From a virus: a stretch of DNA of 64,000 bases. Both the position numbers and the translations under genes were made by a program. The DNA lies in IMG/VR virus record IMGVR_UViG_3300028840_006907, positions 352,001-416,000 of that record. The stretch is one strand, 5' to 3'. Below, in pieces: positions 39,652-49,990 of the stretch (positions within the stretch are counted from its first letter, which is position 1; each line of letters starts with the position of its first letter). The notes under the pieces are model-generated. The model had not been told where the DNA came from and made no database searches. It was given only the letters and a program-made list of their open reading frames with translations.

Positions 39652-41940
39652 ATGGCTAGTACTTTAAGTAGTGGATTATTTACATTAAAAGAATTTTATA
39701 ATCGTGGTGTGATAAAATTAGCTCCTGATGTCCTTGTTTATATCGGAGGAAGTTTAACTACATCTGTCATTGCACCGGTAAGTGGGAAAGATGATACCGT
39801 TTCATTTAATGATGGAATTACTTCAGTTAATGTACAAAATAATATTGATCCTCCAGGAACTTCTACAGCTACCATTGAAATTACTACTCCTATTTATGGA
39901 GAAAAATCGAAATATTGGACCTATTTTAAAGGGATCGATAGTAATTCTCCAGTTCGGGCTCCTTTATTTGTTCCCATGATGGAAGTAAAGATTTATTATA
40001 AGGGTCGGTTTATGGTTAATGGAAGTCCAAAATATTATCCAGCTTTTTGGGGATTCATAACAAATGTGGAAGAAAATTATTCAGGAGGTGTGTATAAGAT
40101 CAACCTGACTTGTGCTGATACTCTTCATTGGTGGGGTTATAGTACTATTAATATTCACCCTATTTCTGAAGCTAATATTATGTCAGGTGGTAATTTAATA
40201 TTAACTGCTTTTTCCACTATTTTTAGAAGATTAAATCCTTATCAGATTTTGTATAAACTCACTACTGATATGGGAATGCATCAATTTGTAACCTCAGCTT
40301 GGGCCGGTCAGAAAACTCCTTTAAATAGCATTTATCCTACGGGTTTGTTTAGAAAAGTAACTCAGGGTATAATGGCGTATTGGCAACAGCGTTTTGCTAA
40401 TATGGGTAGTTTGCTAAAAATGTATGGAATAAATGGTAAACGTGTAGATCGGAATGGTGTTCAGGAAAGACAACCTGAAATCTATGTTCCGAAAAAACCC
40501 GGAAATTCTCTTCAACAAAAAGCTACTGAGCCTCAGGATAAAAGTCTTTTTAGTTTAGATAGAAATTATATTCGTCAATTTGAGATATTTGTTGATTATG
40601 ATGATATGGGTGGTTGGGATAATTCTGAATACATGACTAAACTTCAGATTGCTACTGAGGTAAAAACTAAAACTGATTTTGAATTTTATCAAGATGTCGA
40701 TGGCAATTTTATATTTAAACCACCTTTTTATAATTTAAATGTTAAAGGTGTCCTTCCTTATACTCTTCTTCCTAGTGATATAATAAATTATACCCATAGC
40801 ACTGATACTGAAGGTTTAATTACAGTGATGACTGTTAATACTCCTTTAGATAAAAATTTACGCACAACAACATATGCTCTTGGAAAAGGTTTCCATATGG
40901 ATATTGATTTAGCAAAAAGATTCGGTATTCGACATCAGGAAATGACCATGGAATATATAAATAATCAGGCTTTGGCAAGAACTCTTGCATTGGGAGAGAT
41001 GAATAAAATTAATTCCAAAGCGACAACAGGAAGTGTCACTATTCCTGGACGTCCTGAGATCCGATTAGGTTATCCTGTTTACATAGAGCATCGGGATAGT
41101 TTCCATTATGTCAGAGCTATTAATCATGCCTTTGAATATGGTGGAACTTTCACAACAACTTTATCTCTTGAGACTGAAAGAGTAAAGATATATGATCCTG
41201 ATGATAATTGGGAACCATATTTGGATAAAGTTTATTCTTATACTGGTAAAGCAGCTCCGAAAGATCCGAAAAAAGATCCTAATGTTGATACTCCTCCTAC
41301 TATAGCAGTGACACAAGATGTTGAAAAGAAGCAACAGGATTTAATGGTAGGTGAAAGAGTTTTACATTCTATGCAACAGGGTAAATATGCTCTTGTAGAT
41401 CGTCAAGGTGATAGTCAGTTATCTGCAACATCGACAACAGTACCTTATACTGATGAATTCGGTTATAGAGTAGTTGGTTCTTTTCCTTATGGTCGGGCAT
41501 TAAATCCAGTAAGTGTTGTTACGAATACAGATGATTTACCTTATTTAAAAGAAACTTATTTAACTACAATGGCAAGACCTGTTCATGAGTATGAGTCTGA
41601 AAGTATGAATATTCTGTTTTTTGACGATAAAGATGGTGCAGTTCCAAATTATTTAAATCTAGAAAATCGCCAATTACCTAGAATATTAGGTGCATTTAAA
41701 GATACTGATTTAGATAATGAATATGATCTCGAAAGTACTGTTCAGACAGAATCGCAAAGAAGAAGAAATAAAGGTGATGATAGTAAAAAAGAATTAACAA
41801 ATGATAAAATAATTGATATTACATCTGCGAGACCTCCAAAATCCGATGTTCCTCCTGGAGAGAGTAAAAAGATATTATCGGATTTACGTGATGACAGTGT
41901 GCCTGAAGCTAGAACATTGAGTGGGATCGGAGGATTTTAA
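39652..41940 (+). CDS. Putative baseplate hub protein (762 aa)
   Basis: Positional call after TMP and before the spike; C-terminus GIGGF; start coupled to the previous stop. Confidence 0.5.
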   Translation: MASTLSSGLFTLKEFYNRGVIKLAPDVLVYIGGSLTTSVIAPVSGKDDTVSFNDGITSVNVQNNIDPPGTSTATIEITTPIYGEKSKYWTYFKGIDSNSPVRAPLFVPMMEVKIYYKGRFMVNGSPKYYPAFWGFITNVEENYSGGVYKINLTCADTLHWWGYSTINIHPISEANIMSGGNLILTAFSTIFRRLNPYQILYKLTTDMGMHQFVTSAWAGQKTPLNSIYPTGLFRKVTQGIMAYWQQRFANMGSLLKMYGINGKRVDRNGVQERQPEIYVPKKPGNSLQQKATEPQDKSLFSLDRNYIRQFEIFVDYDDMGGWDNSEYMTKLQIATEVKTKTDFEFYQDVDGNFIFKPPFYNLNVKGVLPYTLLPSDIINYTHSTDTEGLITVMTVNTPLDKNLRTTTYALGKGFHMDIDLAKRFGIRHQEMTMEYINNQALARTLALGEMNKINSKATTGSVTIPGRPEIRLGYPVYIEHRDSFHYVRAINHAFEYGGTFTTTLSLETERVKIYDPDDNWEPYLDKVYSYTGKAAPKDPKKDPNVDTPPTIAVTQDVEKKQQDLMVGERVLHSMQQGKYALVDRQGDSQLSATSTTVPYTDEFGYRVVGSFPYGRALNPVSVVTNTDDLPYLKETYLTTMARPVHEYESESMNILFFDDKDGAVPNYLNLENRQLPRILGAFKDTDLDNEYDLESTVQTESQRRRNKGDDSKKELTNDKIIDITSARPPKSDVPPGESKKILSDLRDDSVPEARTLSGIGGF

Positions 41941-43872
41941 ATGAGGAATAGATATTATGCTCCTGGCGAAAAACCTCATAGTTCTTTCATAGATAGAAAT
42001 AATCAATATTTTTATGTTAGAACGGGTGTTATTGAAGAAATCGATCTTGATAAATATACAATGACTGTTAGATGGGAACCAGGTAATGGTAGTAGAGACC
42101 ATGTCCCAATAAGTTTTCCTTACGCAGGTCCGGCAGGATTTATTGGGATGTTGCCAGAAAAAGGATCATTCGGAATTTTTGGATGGTATAATTCTGGAGT
42201 GGGTGGTGGAAGTCCTCTATTATTAAGTTATCTTCCAGCAGGTCTTGATGCAGGATTAAATTATAATGTTGTTAAGATACATCCTGATGCTATTCCTACG
42301 AGTGATGTAAATGAGATTTTATTTAAATTCAGAAAATTGGGATTAAATGATTTGGTCATAGCTTCCCCATCGGGAGCTGAAATTACTTTAAATGCTAATT
42401 TAGAATTACGTGATGGTTCTCAAGATACTTTTTTAATCCGTGATGAAGATCAATCAATTATTGCTACTTCTCTAAATAATTTCATTTTTGCTGATGGTGT
42501 AGCGGTAAGTGCTGGTCCCGCAATGAGAAATAGCCTTGTACTCTATGATAAAAATGGAAAAAAGATAAGAAATAACGGTAGTCTCGTATCTCTTCCGGAT
42601 GGAAAAGAAAACATTTATATAGTTCCTAATGGTGAAGATATCACTTATGATACTCAATACTATTCTGAATATCGGGTTGATGTAGATGAATTGGTTGATG
42701 GAAAATTAGATCTTAATGACATTAATAGTTCTTCTCCATTATCAACAAGAGATCCTCTTATAACTTTAGCAATGGGTAATTACATAGGAGCTGATCGAAC
42801 TAATCCTCAACAGTATGGAGAAATATTAAAAGCAGTCCTTTTTTCTTCTCCAAATGATATAAAGGGAAACTTCGGTTTAGAAAAGGCGATACGAGATAAT
42901 GCCATGGATGAACCTTCTATTATAGGTCTCGCTTATGCTTTACATTCTTTGAAATCAGGGTGTTTTATTGGAATCGATAAAGAAGGCCATTATTATATGA
43001 ATCTCCCAGCATCGAAAACAAATCCTTTAGGTGCCGGAAGATCGATGTCTACCCTGGCTCAAGGTAATTTAAAAGAGATATGGGGAGGAGAAGCTTTAAT
43101 AAATAACTCTTGGGATTTGGCTACAGCGGGTGGAGTTCGTTGGAATATTGGTGCTCATAACACTAATTTAAGAGGTCGAAGTATTGATATAAAGACTTCT
43201 CAAGGTATAAATGTCGAAATAAATGGGAATGATGATGACGGTTATGCCAGAAAAGAGAAGATCAAAGGGAATACATATGAGAATGTTGGGGGCAACAAAA
43301 CTGAAGTTAGTTCGAATTTAACTCTTGTTATAAATGGGTTGAAGACTGAGAATATAGGTGGTTCTCATACTCAATCTATACAGAGTGACAAAAGTGTTAA
43401 TGTGTTGGGAGTTTATTCAGAAACAGTTTCGAAAGAGAAGCAACAAAAATATGGGAGTAGAAAGACTGTCATAACTCCTCAAGGTAATGATGAATTGGAA
43501 GTTAATGCAGGTGATATCCAACACACAATAACTACATTCGGTCAAAAGAAATTGTCTGTAAACGGTGGGAATATTCAACAAAACATTGGAAATGGAGTTT
43601 ATGAGACTCTTATAAAATTAGGAAGTTATACTCTTGATGTAAAGACAGGATCGATAGAAATAAAAACTGCACTAGGTACTGTAACAGTTTCGGGAACTTC
43701 AGTAGAGATAAAGGGTTCAGTTTCTGTAAGTGTTGATGCTCCAGTAGTAAAATTAGGACAAAATGCACCTATAGGAGGAGTTGTAACAGGTCTTCCTGGA
43801 ATACCTTCTCATGCGGATTATGTGACAGGTGCTCCTCTAAAAGGAAGTTTAAAAGTAAGTGCAACGGCTTAA
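41941..43872 (+). CDS. Central spike protein (gp5/VgrG-like) with C-terminal beta-helix repeats
   Basis: C-terminal short V/I-x-V/I-x-G-N repeats (GNTYENVGGNKTEVSSNLTLVINGLKTENIGGSHTQSIQSDKSVNVLGVYSETVS...); position after hub. Confidence 0.5.
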   Translation: MRNRYYAPGEKPHSSFIDRNNQYFYVRTGVIEEIDLDKYTMTVRWEPGNGSRDHVPISFPYAGPAGFIGMLPEKGSFGIFGWYNSGVGGGSPLLLSYLPAGLDAGLNYNVVKIHPDAIPTSDVNEILFKFRKLGLNDLVIASPSGAEITLNANLELRDGSQDTFLIRDEDQSIIATSLNNFIFADGVAVSAGPAMRNSLVLYDKNGKKIRNNGSLVSLPDGKENIYIVPNGEDITYDTQYYSEYRVDVDELVDGKLDLNDINSSSPLSTRDPLITLAMGNYIGADRTNPQQYGEILKAVLFSSPNDIKGNFGLEKAIRDNAMDEPSIIGLAYALHSLKSGCFIGIDKEGHYYMNLPASKTNPLGAGRSMSTLAQGNLKEIWGGEALINNSWDLATAGGVRWNIGAHNTNLRGRSIDIKTSQGINVEINGNDDDGYARKEKIKGNTYENVGGNKTEVSSNLTLVINGLKTENIGGSHTQSIQSDKSVNVLGVYSETVSKEKQQKYGSRKTVITPQGNDELEVNAGDIQHTITTFGQKKLSVNGGNIQQNIGNGVYETLIKLGSYTLDVKTGSIEIKTALGTVTVSGTSVEIKGSVSVSVDAPVVKLGQNAPIGGVVTGLPGIPSHADYVTGAPLKGSLKVSATA

Positions 43873-43882
43873 GGATCAATAA

Positions 43883-44491
43883 ATGCCATTAGTACCACAA
43901 ACAATGAAAAGTTTTATAATAGTCAAGGCGTCATCCTTAACTATAGCAGGGGATAAATTATCTTATTTTGTCTCAGCTATTGCTAGTGCTACTTGTCAAT
44001 ATATTCTTTCAGCTTCAACTGTAAATAGTACTAATATTGCACTAGGGCCAGGAGGTGGAACACAGACGGGGAAAGTGGTAGGATTAGTCCCTTCTGGTAT
44101 GAGTGCACTAATGATGGCACGAGCAACCGCTAATGGGCTTTCTGGAAGAGATTTAAAGAAAGTTTTTGATTCTATTTCTTTTGGGGTGGTGAATGCTATG
44201 AAGGCTGTTGTACTTCAAGGAACAATCATAGGAGCTGGTCCTGGGACTGGGACAGGGAAAATTATAGGTTTAGTTCCTTCTGCTCTTCAGAATTTAATAT
44301 ATGCTCAATCTGCTTTTAGATTGATTTCAGGAGATAAATTAAGGCCAATATTATCAGCTATAGCTTTTGGTATATGTAATCATATAATGTCGGCGGGTAC
44401 AGTAAATGCAACTGACATAGGAGCTGCAGCCGGACCACCTGCAGGCCCAGTAACGATACCTGCTGCACCAGGAATAGGGAAACTTGTATAA
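43883..44491 (+). CDS. Gly-rich protein with three internal ~60-aa repeats (possible spike tip or baseplate component)
   Basis: Repeats GDKLSYFVSAIASATCQYILSASTVNSTNIALGPGGG... / GRDLKKVFDSISFGVVNAMKAVVLQGTIIGAGPGTG... / GDKLRPILSAIAFGICNHIMSAGTVNATDIGAAAGPPAG... Confidence 0.6.
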   Translation: MPLVPQTMKSFIIVKASSLTIAGDKLSYFVSAIASATCQYILSASTVNSTNIALGPGGGTQTGKVVGLVPSGMSALMMARATANGLSGRDLKKVFDSISFGVVNAMKAVVLQGTIIGAGPGTGTGKIIGLVPSALQNLIYAQSAFRLISGDKLRPILSAIAFGICNHIMSAGTVNATDIGAAAGPPAGPVTIPAAPGIGKLV

Positions 44492-47400
44492 ATGAGTACT
44501 GATTTAAATACACTGTTATCGTATAATACGATAGATCTTGAATTTTTTGAAATACGTGGATCAAGATCGGGAGTCAATAATGCTCGTACAACAGGTGTTG
44601 TTTATGTAAACGGGCAATATGTTCCAGGAAAGAGTGATGTCACAGGAAGTGGGACTTTTGCTAGTGATGATACTGTTAGTGGATTTTCATTTGGAGCACC
44701 CTATGGTGCTTTAACTACTTCTTCATTAAAAGTGGGAGATAATCTTACTGCTGACTCCACTATTTTTAGAATAGCAAATATCGATTCTTCTACCAGTTTT
44801 CAACTTGAAAGTGCTTCGGGTCTGACAGGGGTTTATCCTATACAATTTGATATGGGTCAAAGAGAATATGTTGTAGAGCCAGATACAATAACAAATACTT
44901 CGACCGGTACAGCTAGCTTTACTTCTGGAGATAAGACTGTAATAAATACAGGTCCTTCTTGGTCAGGGATAATAGCCCCAGGTGATTTTATAAAACATGA
45001 TGGATATCAAGAATATTTTAGAATAGCTGCGGTACCTTCTGGGACATCATTAACATTAGAGAATTCTTATTCAGGTGATACTACGAGTGGTTCCTATACT
45101 GCTAAGAAATGGGTTATAGGTAGAACCAGAATTCAGTATGCTAAAAATGATATAACTTATGATGATCAGGCAGCGAAGTGGAAATATGGGGCTATAGAGG
45201 CTGATGATCTTACTACTTCTACGAATTTTACTCCTCTAGTAGATGGAGTTACATTAAAATTTTCTCGTGCCTTAAATACTAATGATCCAGATTTAATGGA
45301 TGTGGCTGTTACAGAGAATACCATTTTTGCCAGAGAGACTAAATATGAAACGTTTCAGTTTGCTCTTCCTGTAGTTCCTTTTCCTGAATCTTCTATGAAA
45401 CTTTGGATTAATAGTGTCGAACAAACGATGTATCAAGATTATGTATTATCCTATTCTCAGAATCCTTTATATGTTTTACCTCCTCCTCCAAATGAGCGTT
45501 TTGTGGCTAATATAATGTTTTTAACAGAATTATCAAACAGCCCAAGTACAGAATTAACAGCATTAGGAGAGTTCAATATTACTGATTCTTCTGGTAATTC
45601 GATAGGAGGAATATATCCGGGATCTTTTTCATTGACTGTTGATGGTACTACTCAGGTTCCTTATAGAGATTATGTATTGGAAGGGAATTCTGGGACTATC
45701 AATATTATAGATTCAACTGTAAATGAAGAGATAGTAAAATATGTAGGTTCTGATTATAGTGATTATATCGATTATGGTTTTAAAGTTTATTTAAATGGGA
45801 TAGAACAAAAAATTTCTTTTCCTGCTGAAATTGATGATGATATTCTTTTTCAGGTTGCTATAGGAAGGTTAAAACCTCGTGATAAGGACCATCCGGGACC
45901 TGGTGAAATTTATCAAATAAATTATATGGTTGAATCAAATCCTGTTTCTGATGAGCTTATTGTAGGAACTGATGGTGGAACTGTCATTGCTACGAGTTCT
46001 TATCCGATAAAGCAAGATTCTATTTTGTTAATAAAAAATGATACAATTCTTACAGAAGATGAGGATTATTTTGTTAGTTATTTAACTGGTAGAATTTCTC
46101 TTATAGACACTCTTACTTCCCAGGATAATTTTTCTATAAGCTATACTCCTCTTTCAAAACAGGTTAATAATTTATTTTATACAGATAACGCTTGGTATTG
46201 TACAGTAAATGATTCTAGGTTAACAATAGTAGATGCTGATAATTATAGATTTAGTTTAATAAATCTTAGCCTGGATGCTGGTGAGATCCAAATTAATCGC
46301 ATTTATAATGAGACAAGAGATGGGGATTATGATTTAACAAATATCCAGACAGAGGGACCGACTCTTTTATTGGAGAAAAATGCTACTAATACTTCTATAG
46401 GATTAAAATCAACTGATGTTGTACTAATTGATTATACTTTTGAAAGTGAATCAACGGAATATTATCCGGTTGTTGTAAATAATTTAAATATAACTGAAGG
46501 GGTAAAAACTGTTTATATAGAAGGGTCTGACCTGACTTCATTTATAGATGCAAGTTCGATTCTCACTCTTGCTAGACCTGATTCTGCTGTGCAATATTAT
46601 CATACCATTTTAAGTTCTTCTTATGATAATTACGGTACAAGAATAAATATTGAAACACCTATTTTTGAAGATATAATAAACCCAAAAATGTTTATAGGTG
46701 ATAGTGCTCCTACTTATTTAAGTGTTCCTTTAACGGCTGGTCCTATTATAAGTGGTTCTACCAATATTTCTTTTTTTGGTGATAATATTCAAAATATTTT
46801 TCGAAGTAAAACAATTCTTGATGTAAGTAATGATTTATATCAAGTAGCAAGTGCTTCGTATGATAGTGATACTACCACAACCACGGTTAATCTGAGATCA
46901 GGAATATTATATGATCGAACAGACTCTACAGATTTATCAAGTTTAAAATATAGTGATAACCCATATTATCTTGAAGGTGATACAGAGATTTATGCTTCAG
47001 AAACGATAGCGACTTTATCTGATCAACCAGGTTTCATAATGAATTATAATAGTGATCAGATAATAGAAATTACAACTACTGAATCTGATTTGACTGTTGA
47101 TGGAACCTCTTTCTCATATAATACTTATCCGACTTTAAGTGATCTTTCAGGTGCTATGACGGTTATTCCGTCGTTGGCTGTTACTACATATATCCCAGCG
47201 TGGCAGAGTAGTAAAATTGAACTAGTGACTGAATTGTCTGTTTTCAGGGACTCAAGTACTGTATTAAATGTCTCAAATGCTTTAAGATATAAAAGTATTG
47301 ATGCTACTGCTTTTGTTGATACTACGGATTATTCAATAAGTAATAGAGGTACAGTTATTTTAGATAACCCTCTTGTAAGAGGAGATAAATATAATCTTGA

Positions 47401-49834
47401 TTACATGGGTTTGGAATTTCTTGGTAATAAACAAGTCAGTTATACTGCAGGTTATTTTGATTCATTACCTGCAAAATCAGAAGTAAAGGCTTCCTTTCAA
47501 TTTGTTAATTTAGATCAATTTTATATCCAGGTTTTAGATCAGAGAGATTTCTTTAGTTCAGTGACTATTCCTCGAATGAGGGAAGAAGCGATTCAACTTA
47601 GTGGTAGTGTAGGTCAAGGTGGTGAAGTTATTGGTGATGAAGGTAACGATAATGCTTCTGGAGGAATCACTGGTGATGAATATGCTCGACAGGACATGGA
47701 AATAGAATGTCGTGTATTCCAGAATATCTATGATTTTTTCAGTAATCGATTAGAGGCTTATGGCGATGAAATGGAGGCATCTGTAGGTCTGAAATTATTT
47801 AATAATGATGGTATATTTACACAGCAAGAACAGGATGCTGCGAATAAAACTGTCAGTAGAATTTTTCCAGATGTTGATAATACTAATTTTGAACCGATGG
47901 AAGTGAACCCATTAACAGGTTACTTTTTTGACAATGGTGCAAAATTTGTTAATGGTTCAACAACTGTGACTAGTACAGGTAATACTCTTTGGACATTACA
48001 ATTAAATAATTCGGGTTATATTGGTAGCGCAGATTCAACGAAAAGATATCAAATAAATAGTATCACTAATAATGCTGAACTTGAATTGACTACCTCTTAT
48101 GGAGAAAATTCCTCTAATGTTAATGATGGCGAACGCTATACTGCAGTAAATACTGATTACCCAGTTTATGATGATGACGGTTTTGTAGGGGCAAGAATAA
48201 TAGGGACAAGAGCGAGTAATTTTGGTTTAATAAATGGAGACACATTTGAAATATTTCTTGATGGGACGGATTTAACTCATAAGAAGACATATACTTTTTT
48301 AGATACTTTTTTTCCAGTAGCCAATTTAAATGGACCATTGGTAGCAGGATTATTATCAACAATTAATGGTTTAAGTTGTACATACGAGTCGGTTCTTGAT
48401 CCTACTACAACTTATGGTTATCGTTCCACTTTAGTTTTTAGGACAGATTCAACTGTTAATTATATGAAACTTGGTGATACCACTACGACAACTAAATTAG
48501 GATTTGTAAGAGATGATACTGTTTATGGGAATTATGATAGATTAAATTATAGCTCATCTGCTATTTCACTTAATTTAGTCCCTCCTGAAGCAATTTTAGA
48601 TTCGAGTGAAGCGCATGCCATCGGTGAAGAATTAGGTTATCAGAGTTCATTAATTGCTTTAGGAAGTCCTGATAAGTTAAATCGAATAAGTCCAGCAGGT
48701 CTTATTTTTGCAAGTGAGATTTATAATTCTGCCTCATCTCAGGTAGATCTAATTTATCAAGAGATTCCGAAAATAGAAGAACAAATCACTGCTACAGGTC
48801 TTATTATTGCAGAGGAAGATATTCCTTCTGCTGATACTTCCACAGCTCATTTAAATGCAACTTTAATGTTGGCTGATACCAGTGCTGCATTAATCGATGC
48901 TACAGGAATTATTACCGATTGGCAAGGGAAAGGAACCGATTGGGAATGGGTTTCAGATTTTACACAACATAGTGTATTTATTCGTGGTAAAGACAGTACC
49001 AATGTTGGTGTTCCGGTTTCATCCGGACCTGGCATTACAAATATTGATGGTCAGCAATCTTTTATTCTTCAGGCACCTGCTGGATATGATCGAAGAATAT
49101 TGAATAATACAATTTTTTCTGTTACGTATTATCCTGCAATAGTAGATGCTACAAGTAATATCCCTTTTGATGGGACATGGACAGGATGGGGCATTTACGG
49201 TTATAGTAATAACAATGAAATTACATTTACTTTAGATCAACCTAATATGATCTTTCTTAATAACGTTTCAATGGCTGGGACTAATCAGAGATATATTACT
49301 GATAGTACAGCTTTGAATATTTTGTGGGATGTAGGACCAAGTACGACAACAGTAACATTTCCGTATGCAACTTATGCAACGGTCTCTAGTATGAAAATTG
49401 CTTTAAATACTATTTCAGGATTAAGTGCTACTGGACCTGCAATACATGATGCAAGTATTTGTAAAGCATTTTTAATATTGCCTCCTCAATCAATCACTCC
49501 TGATGCCACGGTTTATCCAGGATTGAGAGATGCTACAGTAGCATATCAGACAATTTCTGATATGATGCTTGCAGACAGAACTAATTTTGCCAGTGATCGA
49601 AGTAATTTTCTTGTAAACAGAATAGATTATTTAACAAATACTAGAAATACACAGATAAAAAATGCTATAAAAAATGAACAACTTTTACTCGATAATGGAG
49701 AACCCAGTGATCTTTATAATTGGGCAAATAACAGATTTAATAGGAGACAAGGGTGTTACGCAAAACTCAAACAAATAGAGCAACAAATAGCTTCAAACGA
49801 GTCAGCTCTTCAAATAAACAAGAGTTTCTTTTAA
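44492..49834 (+). CDS. Giant baseplate/fibre structural protein (1780 aa)
   Basis: Long ORF starting 1 nt after the previous stop; beta-rich, S/T/N-rich; no diagnostic motif. Confidence 0.75.
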   Translation: MSTDLNTLLSYNTIDLEFFEIRGSRSGVNNARTTGVVYVNGQYVPGKSDVTGSGTFASDDTVSGFSFGAPYGALTTSSLKVGDNLTADSTIFRIANIDSSTSFQLESASGLTGVYPIQFDMGQREYVVEPDTITNTSTGTASFTSGDKTVINTGPSWSGIIAPGDFIKHDGYQEYFRIAAVPSGTSLTLENSYSGDTTSGSYTAKKWVIGRTRIQYAKNDITYDDQAAKWKYGAIEADDLTTSTNFTPLVDGVTLKFSRALNTNDPDLMDVAVTENTIFARETKYETFQFALPVVPFPESSMKLWINSVEQTMYQDYVLSYSQNPLYVLPPPPNERFVANIMFLTELSNSPSTELTALGEFNITDSSGNSIGGIYPGSFSLTVDGTTQVPYRDYVLEGNSGTINIIDSTVNEEIVKYVGSDYSDYIDYGFKVYLNGIEQKISFPAEIDDDILFQVAIGRLKPRDKDHPGPGEIYQINYMVESNPVSDELIVGTDGGTVIATSSYPIKQDSILLIKNDTILTEDEDYFVSYLTGRISLIDTLTSQDNFSISYTPLSKQVNNLFYTDNAWYCTVNDSRLTIVDADNYRFSLINLSLDAGEIQINRIYNETRDGDYDLTNIQTEGPTLLLEKNATNTSIGLKSTDVVLIDYTFESESTEYYPVVVNNLNITEGVKTVYIEGSDLTSFIDASSILTLARPDSAVQYYHTILSSSYDNYGTRINIETPIFEDIINPKMFIGDSAPTYLSVPLTAGPIISGSTNISFFGDNIQNIFRSKTILDVSNDLYQVASASYDSDTTTTTVNLRSGILYDRTDSTDLSSLKYSDNPYYLEGDTEIYASETIATLSDQPGFIMNYNSDQIIEITTTESDLTVDGTSFSYNTYPTLSDLSGAMTVIPSLAVTTYIPAWQSSKIELVTELSVFRDSSTVLNVSNALRYKSIDATAFVDTTDYSISNRGTVILDNPLVRGDKYNLDYMGLEFLGNKQVSYTAGYFDSLPAKSEVKASFQFVNLDQFYIQVLDQRDFFSSVTIPRMREEAIQLSGSVGQGGEVIGDEGNDNASGGITGDEYARQDMEIECRVFQNIYDFFSNRLEAYGDEMEASVGLKLFNNDGIFTQQEQDAANKTVSRIFPDVDNTNFEPMEVNPLTGYFFDNGAKFVNGSTTVTSTGNTLWTLQLNNSGYIGSADSTKRYQINSITNNAELELTTSYGENSSNVNDGERYTAVNTDYPVYDDDGFVGARIIGTRASNFGLINGDTFEIFLDGTDLTHKKTYTFLDTFFPVANLNGPLVAGLLSTINGLSCTYESVLDPTTTYGYRSTLVFRTDSTVNYMKLGDTTTTTKLGFVRDDTVYGNYDRLNYSSSAISLNLVPPEAILDSSEAHAIGEELGYQSSLIALGSPDKLNRISPAGLIFASEIYNSASSQVDLIYQEIPKIEEQITATGLIIAEEDIPSADTSTAHLNATLMLADTSAALIDATGIITDWQGKGTDWEWVSDFTQHSVFIRGKDSTNVGVPVSSGPGITNIDGQQSFILQAPAGYDRRILNNTIFSVTYYPAIVDATSNIPFDGTWTGWGIYGYSNNNEITFTLDQPNMIFLNNVSMAGTNQRYITDSTALNILWDVGPSTTTVTFPYATYATVSSMKIALNTISGLSATGPAIHDASICKAFLILPPQSITPDATVYPGLRDATVAYQTISDMMLADRTNFASDRSNFLVNRIDYLTNTRNTQIKNAIKNEQLLLDNGEPSDLYNWANNRFNRRQGCYAKLKQIEQQIASNESALQINKSFF

Positions 49835-49989
49835 AAGATTCAACGGGAGAAAAATTAATTTGGAAACGAGCAAATCCGAATAATCCATTGATACGAGAAC
49901 TAGATAAATTGGTAGCAATAATAGGTCATTCTGTTTTAGGGTATACAAAAAAGACTGAAAAACAACTAAAAAAATTAAAGAGAATGTAA
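49753..49989 (+). CDS. Possible small basic protein from an overlapping GTG-initiated ORF (78 aa)
   Basis: AGGAGA SD 5-6 nt before the GTG at 49753; overlaps the last 82 nt of the 1780-aa gene in another frame; its TAA ends 1 nt before the next ATG at 49991. Confidence 0.3.
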   Translation: MLRKTQTNRATNSFKRVSSSNKQEFLLKDSTGEKLIWKRANPNNPLIRELDKLVAIIGHSVLGYTKKTEKQLKKLKRM

Positions 49990-49990
49990 T

